Shown here: piece by piece, positions 48,601 to 58,937 of the stretch
Numbering within the stretch: position 1 is the first letter of the stretch
Layout: every line of letters begins with the position of its first letter
NCBI RefSeq assembly: GCF_030028105.1
Contig: NC_092376.1
Span: forward strand, 116,558,230-116,622,229
DNA length: 64,000 nt
Direction of reading: 5' to 3'
From: Mobula birostris
Taxonomy: Eukaryota
Made by a program: the position numbers and the translations under genes
The notes under the pieces: generated by a model
Told to the model about the DNA's origin: nothing
The model's input: the letters and a program-made list of their open reading frames with translations, nothing else
Database searches by the model: none

Positions 48601-51600
48601 GGGTGGCTTACAAAACTTCAAAATATACTTCTTTTGAATGACTCTCACTGCAGTCCGTAGACTGTAATTTCCCTTTAACATAATTTTGAACCATTTTGAA
48701 GAATTAATGATTTCACAGTCTTCCGAAGGACTCAGCAGACTTAACTCTCAAGCAAGCAGGTATGGCATCCTTAAGCGGACAAAGGTAGATCACCATGGTT
48801 GGATGAGAGGGAAGAGGGGAAGACTCTAAGCTAGAGTGAAACATCAGGGCATGAAATTTACTCTACACAGTATACTGTTAGCAAATGTACAGTTGATGGA
48901 GAACAAGATTGAAGACCTAAGGGCAAGATTACTGTATCAGAGGGAAACGAGGAATTGTCACATTCTCTGTTTCATGGAGACAAGGCTTACTTCAGAAGTA
49001 CTGGATAAATTGGTAAGACCCGATGACTTCTCAATACACAGGATGGACTGGACTGCTGATTCGGAGAAGGCAATAGATGGGAGCCTGTGTTTCATGATAA
49101 GCTCTTTGTGGTGCTTGGACACAATGGCCTTGTCGGACTCTTATTCCCCCGACCTGGAACATCTAAGATCTCTTAAATGTTGAAATTGAGCTTGCATACA
49201 CCACTTATACTGTCATCTCATTCCAGACTCTCACGGCCCTCTGGGTGAAGATGTTTCCCTCATGTTCTCCTTAGACTTTTCACCTTTCACACTTAACCCA
49301 TGTCCCAACCAACCTCAGGTGAAAAAGCCTGCTTGAATTAACCCTATCTATACCTCTCATAATGCTGTATACCTCTATCAAATCTCCTCTTGATCTTCTA
49401 CATTCTAGGGAATAAAGTCCAAACCTGTTCAATCTTTCCTTATAACTCAGGTCCTCCAGGTATAGCAACATCTTTGTAAATTTTCTCTGCACTCTTTCAA
49501 CATTGTTTACATATTTCCTATAGGCAGGTGACCAAAACTGCACACAATACTCAAAATTAGGCCTCACCAACGTCTTATGCAATTTCAACAAAACACCCCA
49601 TCTCTTGTACTGAATACATTGATTTTTGAAGAACAATGTGCCAAAAGCTTTCTTTATGGCCCTATCTACGCGTGACAGCACTTTCAATGAATTACGGACC
49701 TGTATTTGCAGATCCCTTTTGTTCTACCACAATCCTCATTGCTCCACCAGTCACTGTGTAAGATTGGTCCTGCCAAAGTGCAAAACTTCACACTTGTCTG
49801 CATTAACTTCCATCTTCAGTAGAAAGTCTCTTGTTGCTTGTTACCAATTTCCATACTATTCTCACTTTCATATGATCCATCTGGTTTATATCTGCTTTTC
49901 CTCACAAAATATAACGGGTCACACTTCTGAGCATCTATCGCCCATTCCTCCATCCAGTTCTTAATGTCCATTATTGTCTACTTCATGATTCACAATGCAG
50001 CCAAGTTTTACACCATCTGTATATCTCGAAAATTTGATCTATTTTTCCCTCACTTTTTGCGCTACTTATTTAATTAAATTTTTTAATATATGCTTACGGC
50101 AATTTACAGATTTTATTTTATATTTACTTTCATTAAATTAATCTTGATGAAAATCCTATAATTGAGTATAGAGTAAGATAGCATGGAAATAGGCCCATGT
50201 CATTCATGCCAACCAAGATGAGCACCTAAGCTACTCCTATTTGCAAATGTAGCACATTATCAAATACTCAGTGATAATTTGACCTCAACAAAAACTGTGT
50301 CACATTAATTAGACACCGTTACTCTTTAACAAAGCCACACCGGATATTTCAAAACAATCCACACTTGTCCCAGTGATTACTAAGACTACGTCCACACTAG
50401 AGTGGATAATTTTGAAAATGCCAGTTTCACGTAAAAATGATAGGCGTCCACACTAGGCGTTTTTGAAAATACTTCCGTCCTCATTAAAACGGGTACTTGG
50501 GCGAATTTCCTCCTACTGGGCATGCGCAAGACAGATCTACAGAAAACAAGTGAAGAGGAAACGGTATACTTAGTGTGCGTTTGTCCAGTTACAGACTAGG
50601 AAAACTTAAAAGGAAATTGCCAAACGACGGACAGCTGTTGGCTCTCGCGCAGGAGTACTTAAAACTAAAAAAACAAATACTGGAGCGTATGGAGGCAACC
50701 GACAGGGAGTTCATGGACAGTATGACCCGGCTGAAGACGAACATTGAAAAACTAACTAACTATGTTGAGGAGGGATTTGCAATGATGAGGAACATGATGG
50801 CACCTCCCAGTACTTTTTACTGCCACAATACCAGCCTCATAGCCACTGCAATAGCTACACATACGGACACACAGACCCCCGGGTGGCCCCACCAACTTCT
50901 TCCCCACTCCCACAGAGGGGTCACCCTGGAAACATTTCCTACAGCCATAGTCTCTTCATCGATGAAAGGGACGACAGGTTTTTTGAAACCTCCGGTTACC
51001 CCATACACACTACAACGCCCAACCTGAATTTTCAGATTTAAACACTCGGGAGAGTGTTTTAGAAAAGCTCTGTTTTTGGGGGAGGAAAACATCATTTCAG
51101 CATGGACGGATGGTCAAAACGAAGAGAAAAAGCTTCAGTTACGGATTTATCCGGTCTAGTGTGGACGTAGCCTAATTCTATACCTTTTCCAACACTTTCT
51201 CCATTTCAAAGCAAAGATACTTTTCATCTTCTTTAAGATGACTGATTTATTGTCTCCAGGTTTTGCACAGCTGTAGACAAAGCTGCTTTGGGTGATTTTT
51301 GATTAAAATGTTACAATGTCTCGAGTTGGTCACACAATCTGATAAAGACCAAATGGTCTTAATAGCTTAAAACATTGACCCACTTGTGTTATGATATTTT
51401 CTGTTTCTTCTGCACTAATCATGAATATCCTTGGATAGTCAGTTAGGGAATGCACATTCTATGTTGAACATACATCTATTCCAACTTTTGCTAAACTTGT
51501 GAGATTAATAAACCATTTCCTCCCCACAGACTCGCTTTCTGCTGCGATTCTCTTGAACAATTTACAACAGGTTGTTGATCTTCTGCACTGGATTTCTCTT

Positions 51601-52120
51601 TCCCGTTTCCAGTGTATTATTTCTCACTTCTATTAGCAACAAATGGGACAATGAGGAGTATTATTTGAAAAGCCACAGGCAATACAAAGAACATTCTTGA
51701 TGGTTTGCTACATGGCGTGGAACTCTGTCACTCTGAGTAAGGTTAATATCAGAATCAATGACAAAAGCATTTGCCCATTGGATACTTTACTGGAATCAAC
51801 ATGTCATTGCAAATGAAATACTGTACCTGATAATTAAAATGTGAGAGAAAATTTAACAAACTTTGCAGGCAAATGTCAACAATTTAGTTTGTGTTTAAAA
51901 TCTCTCAACTACAGTCATATAGTGCTTGTTTCAGAATCTCTAGTATACCTGCCTATGTGCAGTCCACAATAAATGCAAGGCAACCTTTAGAATTCCCAAT
52001 ATGGAAACAGTTGTTATTGGATCTGTTAAAGCAATTTGTGCTGGGAGTAAATTTGTGCTGAGAGATATAGAGAGAGATATATATAGAGAGATAGAAAGAG
52101 AGATGGAGAGAGAGAAAGAT

Positions 52121-52161
<41 letters not shown>

Positions 52162-55100
52162 GAAGGGATAGAGACAGATAGAAGTAGAGAAAGAAAGAAA
52201 GAAGCCAAGTAGAATAGGCCCCATTTATTCCCATTCTTATTCTCCTGCCAATCAGCTAATCCTCTTTCCATGCTGGTATCTTTCCTGTAATACCATGGGC
52301 TCTTATCTTGTTAAGAAGCCTCATGAGTGGTACCTTGTTAAAGGACTTCTGAAAATTCAACTAAACAAGATTCACCGATTCTCCTTTTATCCTGTATGTA
52401 TTTTCCTCAAAGAATCCCAACAGATTTGTCAGGCAAGATTTCCCCTGAAGGAAACCATGCTGACTTGGCCTACTTTATCACACACTTCCAAATACTCCAA
52501 AACCTCATCCTTAATAATGGATTCTAGCATCCTCCCAACTACTGAAGTCATGCTAATTGACATAATTTCCTTTTATCTGTCCCCCCCTTCACTTCCTTTC
52601 ACTTTTCAAGAAAATCGTTTTACATCCTCCAAATTAAAGAAGTTGCTATGAGAACACAATGTGTTCTAAACTAGGTAGAGTATGTGAGACAGTTCTTGTT
52701 TCAGTTCTATTCAGGACCTATCCGTTACCTCTTTCTTCAGTAAATAGTTGGTAGTATACTTCCTCTTTCTTACTGTTACAAGGAAGTCAAACATGTCATC
52801 AGTTTTGCTGACAATTTCCACTCAGCTCTCTTTTTTGTGGGATCCACCTCTGGTATTATCTTTTGACTTTGACTTTTCCAGCTACATTTTCAGAAATAAG
52901 TGATTGACTATTACTCTCTACAATCCATGAATGTCCCTAGTGATCTTTGCTATGTCTTTTCCCACAGTTCTTCTATAAGGATTCCATTCCATCCTCTTCT
53001 CCAGTTCCTTGTTATGTGTTCTTATGACGGCGACACTTTCCATAACCACCTTTCCAAGTTCTCTACTTTTGCATTAATCATGTTTCACTCCTTCAGAGTT
53101 CCAGGTTGGTGTTTTAGATGTTCCAGGATGGTGCTGAAAAGTGCAAACTCCAAAGGGAATCATCAAAAGTTTCCACTTAGAACTCTTACAGCTGAAAACC
53201 ACAGTCACAGACATGGATTCTTCAGTAAGCAACACCGTTTTGAACTGTTTAAAAAAAATCTATCCATCCTCAGAATTGGCAGCCTTTGGACTGCAGATTG
53301 GGGTGGCAAATGCAGTTTCATTTTAAGAAAAGGGTGGTGAGGTAAGGGTACTGTGCGGTAAGTAAGATAGAAGCACAGGGCCCTGAGGCCTCCACTTCCT
53401 AACATCTTGTCGGCCAATGTCAGTACACCTTTTGAAAGGCTTTCAGAAGGGATCAGGTCACTCTGATGTACCTGGTTGGGCTCTGAAAACCTGTGACAAT
53501 CAACTGGTGGGAATGTTCAAAGACATCTTCAATTTCTCACCGCTACAGTCAGAGGTTTCCACCTGCCTCATAATCATACCAGTGCCTAAGAAAAGCAGGG
53601 TGAGCTGCCTCAATGACTATTGCAAAGATGTACTCACATCTACTTTGACAAAGTACATCGAAAAGATGGGCAAGGCCATAACTAGCTCCTTTCTAAGCAA
53701 GGACATGGATCTGCTGCAATTTGCCTGCTGCCACAATAGGCTACAGTGGATGCAATCTCACTATATCTCCACTTCAGTGGTTGGTAAGCTGATGGAGAAG
53801 GTCCTGAGAGGCAGGATTTATGAACATTTGGAGAGGCATAATATGATTAGGAATAGACAGTATGGCTTTGTCAAAGGCAGGTCTTGCCTTACGAGCCTGA
53901 TTGAGTTTTTTGAGGATGTGACTAAACACATTGATGAAGGTAGAGCCGTAAGTGTTGTGTATTTGGATCTTAGCAAGGCTGTTGATAAGGTACCCCATGC
54001 AAGGCTTATTGAGAAAGTAAGGAGGTATGGGATCCAAGGGGACATTGCTTTGTGGATCCAGAACTGGCTTGCCCACATAAGGCAAAGAGTGGTTGTAGAT
54101 GGGTCATATTCTGCATGGAGGCCGGTGACCAGTGGTGTGCCTCAGGGATCTGTTCTGGGACCCCTACTCTTTGTGATTTTTATAAATGACCTGGATGAGG
54201 AAGTGGAGGGTTGGGTTAGTAAGTTTGCTGATGACACAAAGGTTGGAGGTGTTGTGGATAGTGTGAAGGGCTGTCAGATGTTACAACAGGACATTGATAG
54301 GAGGCAAAAGTGGGCTGAGAAGTGGTAGATGGAGGTCAATCCAGATAAGTGTGAGGTGGTTCATTTTGGTAGGTCAAACATGATGGCAGAATATAGTATT
54401 AATGGTAAGACTGTTTGCAGTGTGGAGGATCAGAGGGATCTTGGGGTCCAAGTCCATAGGACACTCAAAGCTGCTATGCAGGTTGACTCTGTGGTTAAGA
54501 AGGCATATGGTGCATTGGCCTTCATCAGTTGTGGGATTGAGTTTAAGAGCCGAGAGGTAATGTTGTAGCTATATAGGGCCCTGGTCAGACTCCACTTGGG
54601 GTACTGTGCTCAGTTCTGGTCACCTCACAATAGGAAGGATGTGGAAGCCATAGAAAGGGGTCAGAGGAGATTTACAAGGATGTTGCCTTGATTGGGGAGC
54701 TTTCCTTATGAGAATAGGTTGAGTGAACTCGGCCTTTTCTCCTTGGAGTGATGGAAGATGAGTGGTGACTTGATAGAGGTGTACAAGATAATGAGAGGCA
54801 TTGATTTTGTGGATAGTCAGAGGCTTTTCCCCAGGGCTGAATTGGCTAGCATGAGAGGGCATAGTTTTAAGGTGCTTGGAAATAGGTACAGAGGAGATGT
54901 CAGGGGTAAGTTTTTTACACACAGAGTGGTGAGTGCGTGGCATGGGCTGCCAGTGGCGGTGGTGGAGGTGGAAACGATAGGGTCTTGTAAAGGACTCCTG
55001 GATGGTTACATGGAGATTAATAGAGGGCTATGGGTAAAGCCGAGGTAGTTCTAAGGTAGGGACATGTTTGACACAGCTTTGTGGGCGGAAGGGCCTGTAT

Positions 55101-58100
55101 TGTGCTGTATGTTTTCTATGTTTCTCTGTTTCTAAACCGGGGTTTGGGTGGGTGAAACATCCCAACCTCAGGGATTTGGTGGGACCAAAGTCATATACAC
55201 CCTAGATATACAAAGCCCGATAAAGGTGGGTTTCTTGCTGTGGGATCCGGTGGCTCATTAGCGAGGGGCTGATGAGCTGCATTTCCATAGACACCCAGGA
55301 AAAAGGTTTCACTGGCAAATAGATATTATTCTTTACCCAGATGTTGAGGAGAAGGCAGAGCTTAGAAGATTGAGAGATGAGCTTGTTGAAATGCATACAA
55401 TTCTGAGAGGGTTTGAAAGGGTAGGTGTCTGAGAAGCTTTGCCTGTCAAGAATAGGGATAATCTGAAAATAAGGGGTCATTATTCAGGACTGGGATGGAA
55501 TGAAATTGATGAGGAAACAAAGGGTATATTTGGAGATTTACCAACGGTGTAAAACCAAGTGGGACTGGGAGCACAGAAGAGGATATGAAGAGGCAGCAAG
55601 GTTATATAGACAAGCTCAGCAATGTGGACAGCTTTGACCTCTCTCTGTCATGGTCTGGTCCATAAAGCCCGCATTCTGGTTCACGGCCCGGTCCATCGAT
55701 CCGTATTCCAGGTTTTCCGGTTTTCCATTGTTCTGTAGGGTGCTCTAATTAAAGCACATGATTCTCGTTTGGGCAGACACATAAATACCGCTGGAGACCA
55801 GGGCTTGGCTGCTGGATTGTTCCTGTCCAAGCCCCCTGTCTGAATCCCTTCTTTGCTCCTTCCTCCTGAAGCCTTGCCTTGCAACCAGTATCTGAAGCCT
55901 TGCCTCACCTGTAACCCTTGTCTGCAACCTTTGACTGCACCACTGTCAAGTCAACTGCCGGAGCAAGATAAGGAACTGTCTATTGTTGTTTTGAACTGTC
56001 TCTGTGTCCATGCCTTCATTAGGTAGGTCCGGCCATTTGCTGCTACCTGGTGTTGGGAACCGTCTTGTCGTGTTCAGCATTCTGTGTTGAGCCCTGGCCC
56101 CTAGTCCTGTTCCCAAGGATGGTTCCTGGCTCTATGTTCTGTGTATGAGTCCCAGCCCTAAGTCCTGTTCCCAAGGAGGGGTCCTGGCTCTGAGTTCCAT
56201 GTCCCTGTGTCCTATCTCTCAAGTCCAAGGCTCCATGATCCTGTGCTCTAGACCAGGGTTCTGTGTTCCTGTCCTCCCCAAGACCAAGGCTCTGTGTTCT
56301 GTGTTCATCAGGACTGAAGAGGGAAGGGGCAGAGGCCCTATAAAGGAGGTGGGGGGAGGGTGGGAAGGAAAAGGCTGGGAGGTTCCACGTGAAAAACCAG
56401 TAAGGGGAAAGATAAAGGGGTGGGGGAGGGGAAGCAGGGAGGTGATAGGCAGGAAAGGTGAAGAAAGAATAGGGAAAAACACAATGGGTAGCAGAAGGAG
56501 GCAAAACCAAGAGGGAGGTGATAGGCAGCTGGGGGAGGGGGCAGAGTGACATAGGGATAGGGGAAATGGAGGGGGAGGGAATTACTGGAAGATGGAGAAT
56601 TCTATGTTCATACCAAGGGGCTGGAGACTACCTAGATGGTATATGAGGTGTTGCTCCTCCAACCTGAGATAAGCGTCATCATGGCAGTACAGGAGGCCAT
56701 GTATGGACATATCTGAATGGGAGTGGGAAGCAGAGTTGAAGTGGGTGGCTACTGGGAGATCCTGTCAGTTGTGGCGGACGGAGCGGAGGTGCTCGACGAA
56801 GTGGTCCCCCAATCTGCGTCGGGTTTCACCGATGTAGAGGAGGCTGCACTGGGAGCACTGGATGCAATAGTTGACCCCAACAGATTCACAAGTGAAGTGT
56901 TGCCTCACTTGGAAGTACTGTTTGGGCCCCTGAATGGTGGCAAGAGAGGAGGTGTAGGGACAGGTGTAGCACTTACGCTTACAGGGATAAGTGCCAGGTG
57001 GGAGATCTGTGGGGAGGGACGTGTGGACCAGGGAGTCGCGGAGGGACTGATCCCTGCGGAAGGCGAAGAGGGGTGGAGAGGGAAAGATCTGCTTAGTGAT
57101 GGGGTCCTGTTGAAGATGGCGGAAGTTGCGGAGGACAATGTGTTGGATCCGGAGGCTAGTGGGGTGGTAGGTAAGGACAAGGGGAACTCTGTCCCTGTTG
57201 TGGTGGCGGGAGGATGGGGTGAGAGCCGAAGTGCAGGAAATGGAGGAGATGCGGGTGAGGGCATCATTGATGACAGCAGAAGGGAAACCATGATCCTTAA
57301 AGAAAGAGGACATTTGAGATGTCCTGAAACAGAAAACCTCATCCTCGGAGCAGATGCGGCGGAGACTGAGGAACTGATAATTGATAATGAATGTTGGAAC
57401 AGCCAGAAATGCCCAATGGACAACTCCTGCTTCTATTTGTTATGCTCCTCTGACAGCAGCATTAACACTGTTATTAACACCCGAAGCCCATTGTTTTGTG
57501 TTGTATATTTGATGCAACACACAAAACATTCCTCTCCACAGAATCTCAGACAATGCACTCTTTGTCCGTTATCACACTGTAATGTCCAGCCGTTTTCATC
57601 CTGCACATTATCCATTCTACTGGATATACAACAGAATAAACAATAAATCAGTATTGATTATGTTATTTCTTACGCTTTCAGCGGCAGAAGAGGGCTGTTC
57701 AACCCATCGAGAACATATCATCTGCCCAGGAATTCCTTCAGATACATCCCCCATATCTCCCTGGAAACAGCTCCCCGCCATTGTCCTGCTGTTTATCTAC
57801 ACTAGAGGCAGATTACACTGACCGATTAACCTACCACAGAATCATGTAATATCGAACTCCTTACCGTCCAAAGCCCGGAGATTCAAATTCGTTTTCAGAT
57901 CATTAAACGGTCCTGGAATCTCCACACGGCAGCAATACCAGCCGCTATCTTCTCTCTGTAGATCATTTATAGTGAGCGACACATCTCCTGCCGCAATTCT
58001 ACCACCAAGACTATATCTCTGGGATGTTACAGAAGTTACTCTGTCTCCATTTGTTCCGATCAACACGTGTCCGCAGCCGCTTAAAGAGCACTGTCCCCGA

Positions 58101-58740
58101 CCCCAGCACATCGCACTTTTGACATATTTTCGGACAGAATAGCGGCACGGCAGTGTGATCGACTCTCCCGTGACTCCTCGCACGTTTGTCCCAGAGACGA
58201 AGGCGACTCGACCTGAAACAATCCAGGAAAGAAAGTTACAGATGGCGCTGACTGAGATGATGAGAGGGGTTGTGACCACAGTTTGAAAACCCGTCCCAGC
58301 ATTGGGAAACTGATCCATTTTTCCTGCTGCGAGGCATCGGGGGAATATGACGGAACATCCCCAAACTGCCCAGTGGGAATCGAACGGACACCTCTGATCA
58401 CAGATCCAGCCTCTCGTTCATTTTCCCACTCACATACCCACTGTGCTCCCAAACCTTCACCGCAATGATTGTGCAATACACAGTGATCAGGTGTTCCACA
58501 GTCCATTCTGATCAGCACTAGTCAGTCCTCCAAGTTCACCCCTCAATCTTCAAACCCGGCAGACCCGGCACCACTCAGGGTCTAGGCTCCCTGACTCACA
58601 CACCGGCTCCACCTCAATTACTGTATTCCAAGAAATTGTAACAACAAGATTAAACAAGTGAATTCGATTCCTGCCTTCAGAAACGTACCTATCAGAAGAA
58701 ACATTATTGTTAAATGAGCCACAACACTAGTAACAGCCAT
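38188..58740 (-). CDS. TIM/HAVCR-family (T-cell Ig and mucin domain) receptor, hand-built 7-exon model, about 256 aa; orthology (HAVCR1/HAVCR2/TIMD4) not resolvable
   Basis: Exons 58740-58689, 58212-57865, 48260-48177, 41723-41677, 38720-38612, 38447-38422 and 38292-38188 sum to 771 nt. All have AG/GT boundaries and compatible phases (1,1,1,0,1,0). They join into one ORF: signal, IgV, S/T stalk, TM, tail. Exons 1-5 are well supported; exons 6-7 less so. Confidence 0.8.
38422..38447 (-). CDS. TIM exon 6 candidate (H)KTMSLLNE
   Basis: Open only from the second of two AGs (ctccagtgtag|); donor GAG|gtactc; phase 1-0. A paralogous micro-exon ending AATGAG|gt occurs at 1562-1581. Confidence 0.55.
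38612..38720 (-). CDS. TIM exon 5, transmembrane exon [36 protein letters not shown]
   Basis: Acceptor ttgttctctgtttcag|, consensus donor C|gtaagt, 25-residue hydrophobic span followed by basic KWK. Confidence 0.85.
40142..41332 (+). mobile_element. hAT-Charlie/Buster-type non-autonomous element (CR1 tail inside at about 40727-40930)
   Basis: TIRs CAGTGGTCCCCAACC/GGTTGGGGACCCCTG; perfect 8-bp TSD GATTATGG; [22 protein letters not shown] transposase remnant. Confidence 0.9.
41677..41723 (-). CDS. TIM exon 4, short stalk exon (V)[15 protein letters not shown]
   Basis: Pyrimidine-rich acceptor ending acttccag|, donor CAG|gtagct, 47 nt, phase 1-0, bridging exon 3 to the phase-0 TM exon. Confidence 0.72.
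42060..42408. mobile_element. Solo LTR inserted in a CR1 fragment
   Basis: TGTCATGG...TTGCGACA, TSD TAAGT/TAAAT; CR1 sequence continues on both sides. Confidence 0.7.
42612..42666. repeat. (TG)n(TA)n microsatellite
   Basis: Direct inspection. Confidence 0.95.
42872..43173 (+). mobile_element. tRNA-derived SINE
   Basis: A box TGGCCAAGTGG, B box-like GTTTGAGCC, body gtgtccttgagcaaggcacttaacc, LINE-like tail. Confidence 0.8.
43389..44402 (+). mobile_element. Solo LTR, 1014 bp, antisense within TIM intron 3
   Basis: TGTAAGA...TCTTATAACA, perfect 4-bp TSD AGGT, internal GCCAAT, TATAAAAG, AATAAA in order. Confidence 0.82.
45235..45960 (-). pseudogene. Truncated TIM IgV relic nested in intron 3 of the intact gene
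   Basis: Encodes [26 protein letters not shown]...[14 protein letters not shown]. Flanks match intron 1 and intron 2 of the intact gene. The acceptor and N-terminal half of the IgV are deleted; the donor is mutated (A|gcaagc). Confidence 0.9.
46190..49170 (+). mobile_element. Rex1/Babar fragments (about 46190-47215 and about 48570-49170) with a minus-strand CR1 APE fragment (about 47280-47830); TIM exon 3 lies between them
   Basis: [27 protein letters not shown] (Rex1 APE start); FPNQKCWM; decayed CR1 endonuclease. Confidence 0.7.
48177..48260 (-). CDS. TIM exon 3, mucin-like stalk (E)[27 protein letters not shown]
   Basis: Acceptor tcttcttctgttgcag|, donor G|gtcagt, 84 nt, phase 1-1, S/T/P-rich. 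Confidence 0.78.
49215..49830 (-). mobile_element. CR1 3' ORF2 fragment
   Basis: [32 protein letters not shown]. Confidence 0.85.
50384..51172 (+). mobile_element. PIF/Harbinger non-autonomous element
   Basis: 17-bp TIR G(A/G)CTACGTCCACACTAG, TAA TSD on both sides; internal coiled-coil ORF remnant (50575-51027). Confidence 0.88.
52063..52201. repeat. (AG)/(AT)-rich microsatellite within a CR1 fragment (about 51940-52610, minus)
   Basis: Direct inspection; CR1 RT-like sequence on both sides. Confidence 0.85.
53420..55123 (+). mobile_element. Rex1 fragment (about 53420-53770) fused to a CR1 3' half (about 53770-55123)
   Basis: The ORF switches from Rex1-like [16 protein letters not shown] to CR1 [27 protein letters not shown]; TTTCTATG tail. 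Confidence 0.85.
55646..56303 (+). mobile_element. Partial Gypsy-like LTR truncated by a Penelope element
   Basis: Starts TGTCATGGTC; CATAAATA box; internal repeats (ctgaagccttgcct; agtcctgttcccaagga). Confidence 0.55.
56304..57378 (-). mobile_element. Penelope-like element, 3' part with GIY-YIG endonuclease
   Basis: [34 protein letters not shown]. Confidence 0.9.
57865..58212 (-). CDS. TIM exon 2, IgV domain (348 nt)
   Basis: Acceptor ttgtttcag|, donor G|gtaagg. Translation has all six TIM cysteines: [28 protein letters not shown]. Confidence 0.96.
58689..58740 (-). CDS. TIM exon 1, signal peptide [17 protein letters not shown](G)
   Basis: Strong Kozak context gcgccATGG, hydrophobic 17 codons, phase-1 donor G|gtacgt matching the phase-1 IgV exon. 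Confidence 0.88.
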
Positions 58741-58937
58741 GGCGCCGGACACCGTGGCGGCCGCTGTCCGTGTCGCTGCAGCAGATGCTGTGGCTGCGAG
58801 TTAAACTGTTGCTTCCGGCTTGTCGTGGACAAGAGTTCCTTCCACAGGAACACGGGTGTTGTTCACCGACACCCTGAAGATATGATGCAAGTGTTATCAA
58901 ACACTCGGCTCCTCCCTAGCGTTACCATCAAAGTCTA
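58741..58937 (-). promoter_or_regulatory. GC/CpG-rich 5' UTR and proximal promoter of the TIM gene with an ETS-type site
   Basis: CpG-dense stretch upstream of the ATG; CCGGAAGC on the minus strand at 58811-58818; bounded by a CR1 3' tail at about 58938. Confidence 0.5.

Noticed and set aside
51620-51730. TM-like peptide [19 protein letters not shown] on the minus strand in intron 2
   Set aside because: No phase-1 acceptor opens this frame, so it cannot follow the IgV exon.
51940-52271. Low-complexity SLSL/YLSL ORFs
   Set aside because: Translations of an (AG)/(AT) microsatellite.
52620-53260. Coding-looking minus-strand stretch after an acceptor-like site near 53247
   Set aside because: Stops in all frames; KVENLE..CRRHKN..G.EE looks like a very decayed L1 ORF1 rather than a host exon.
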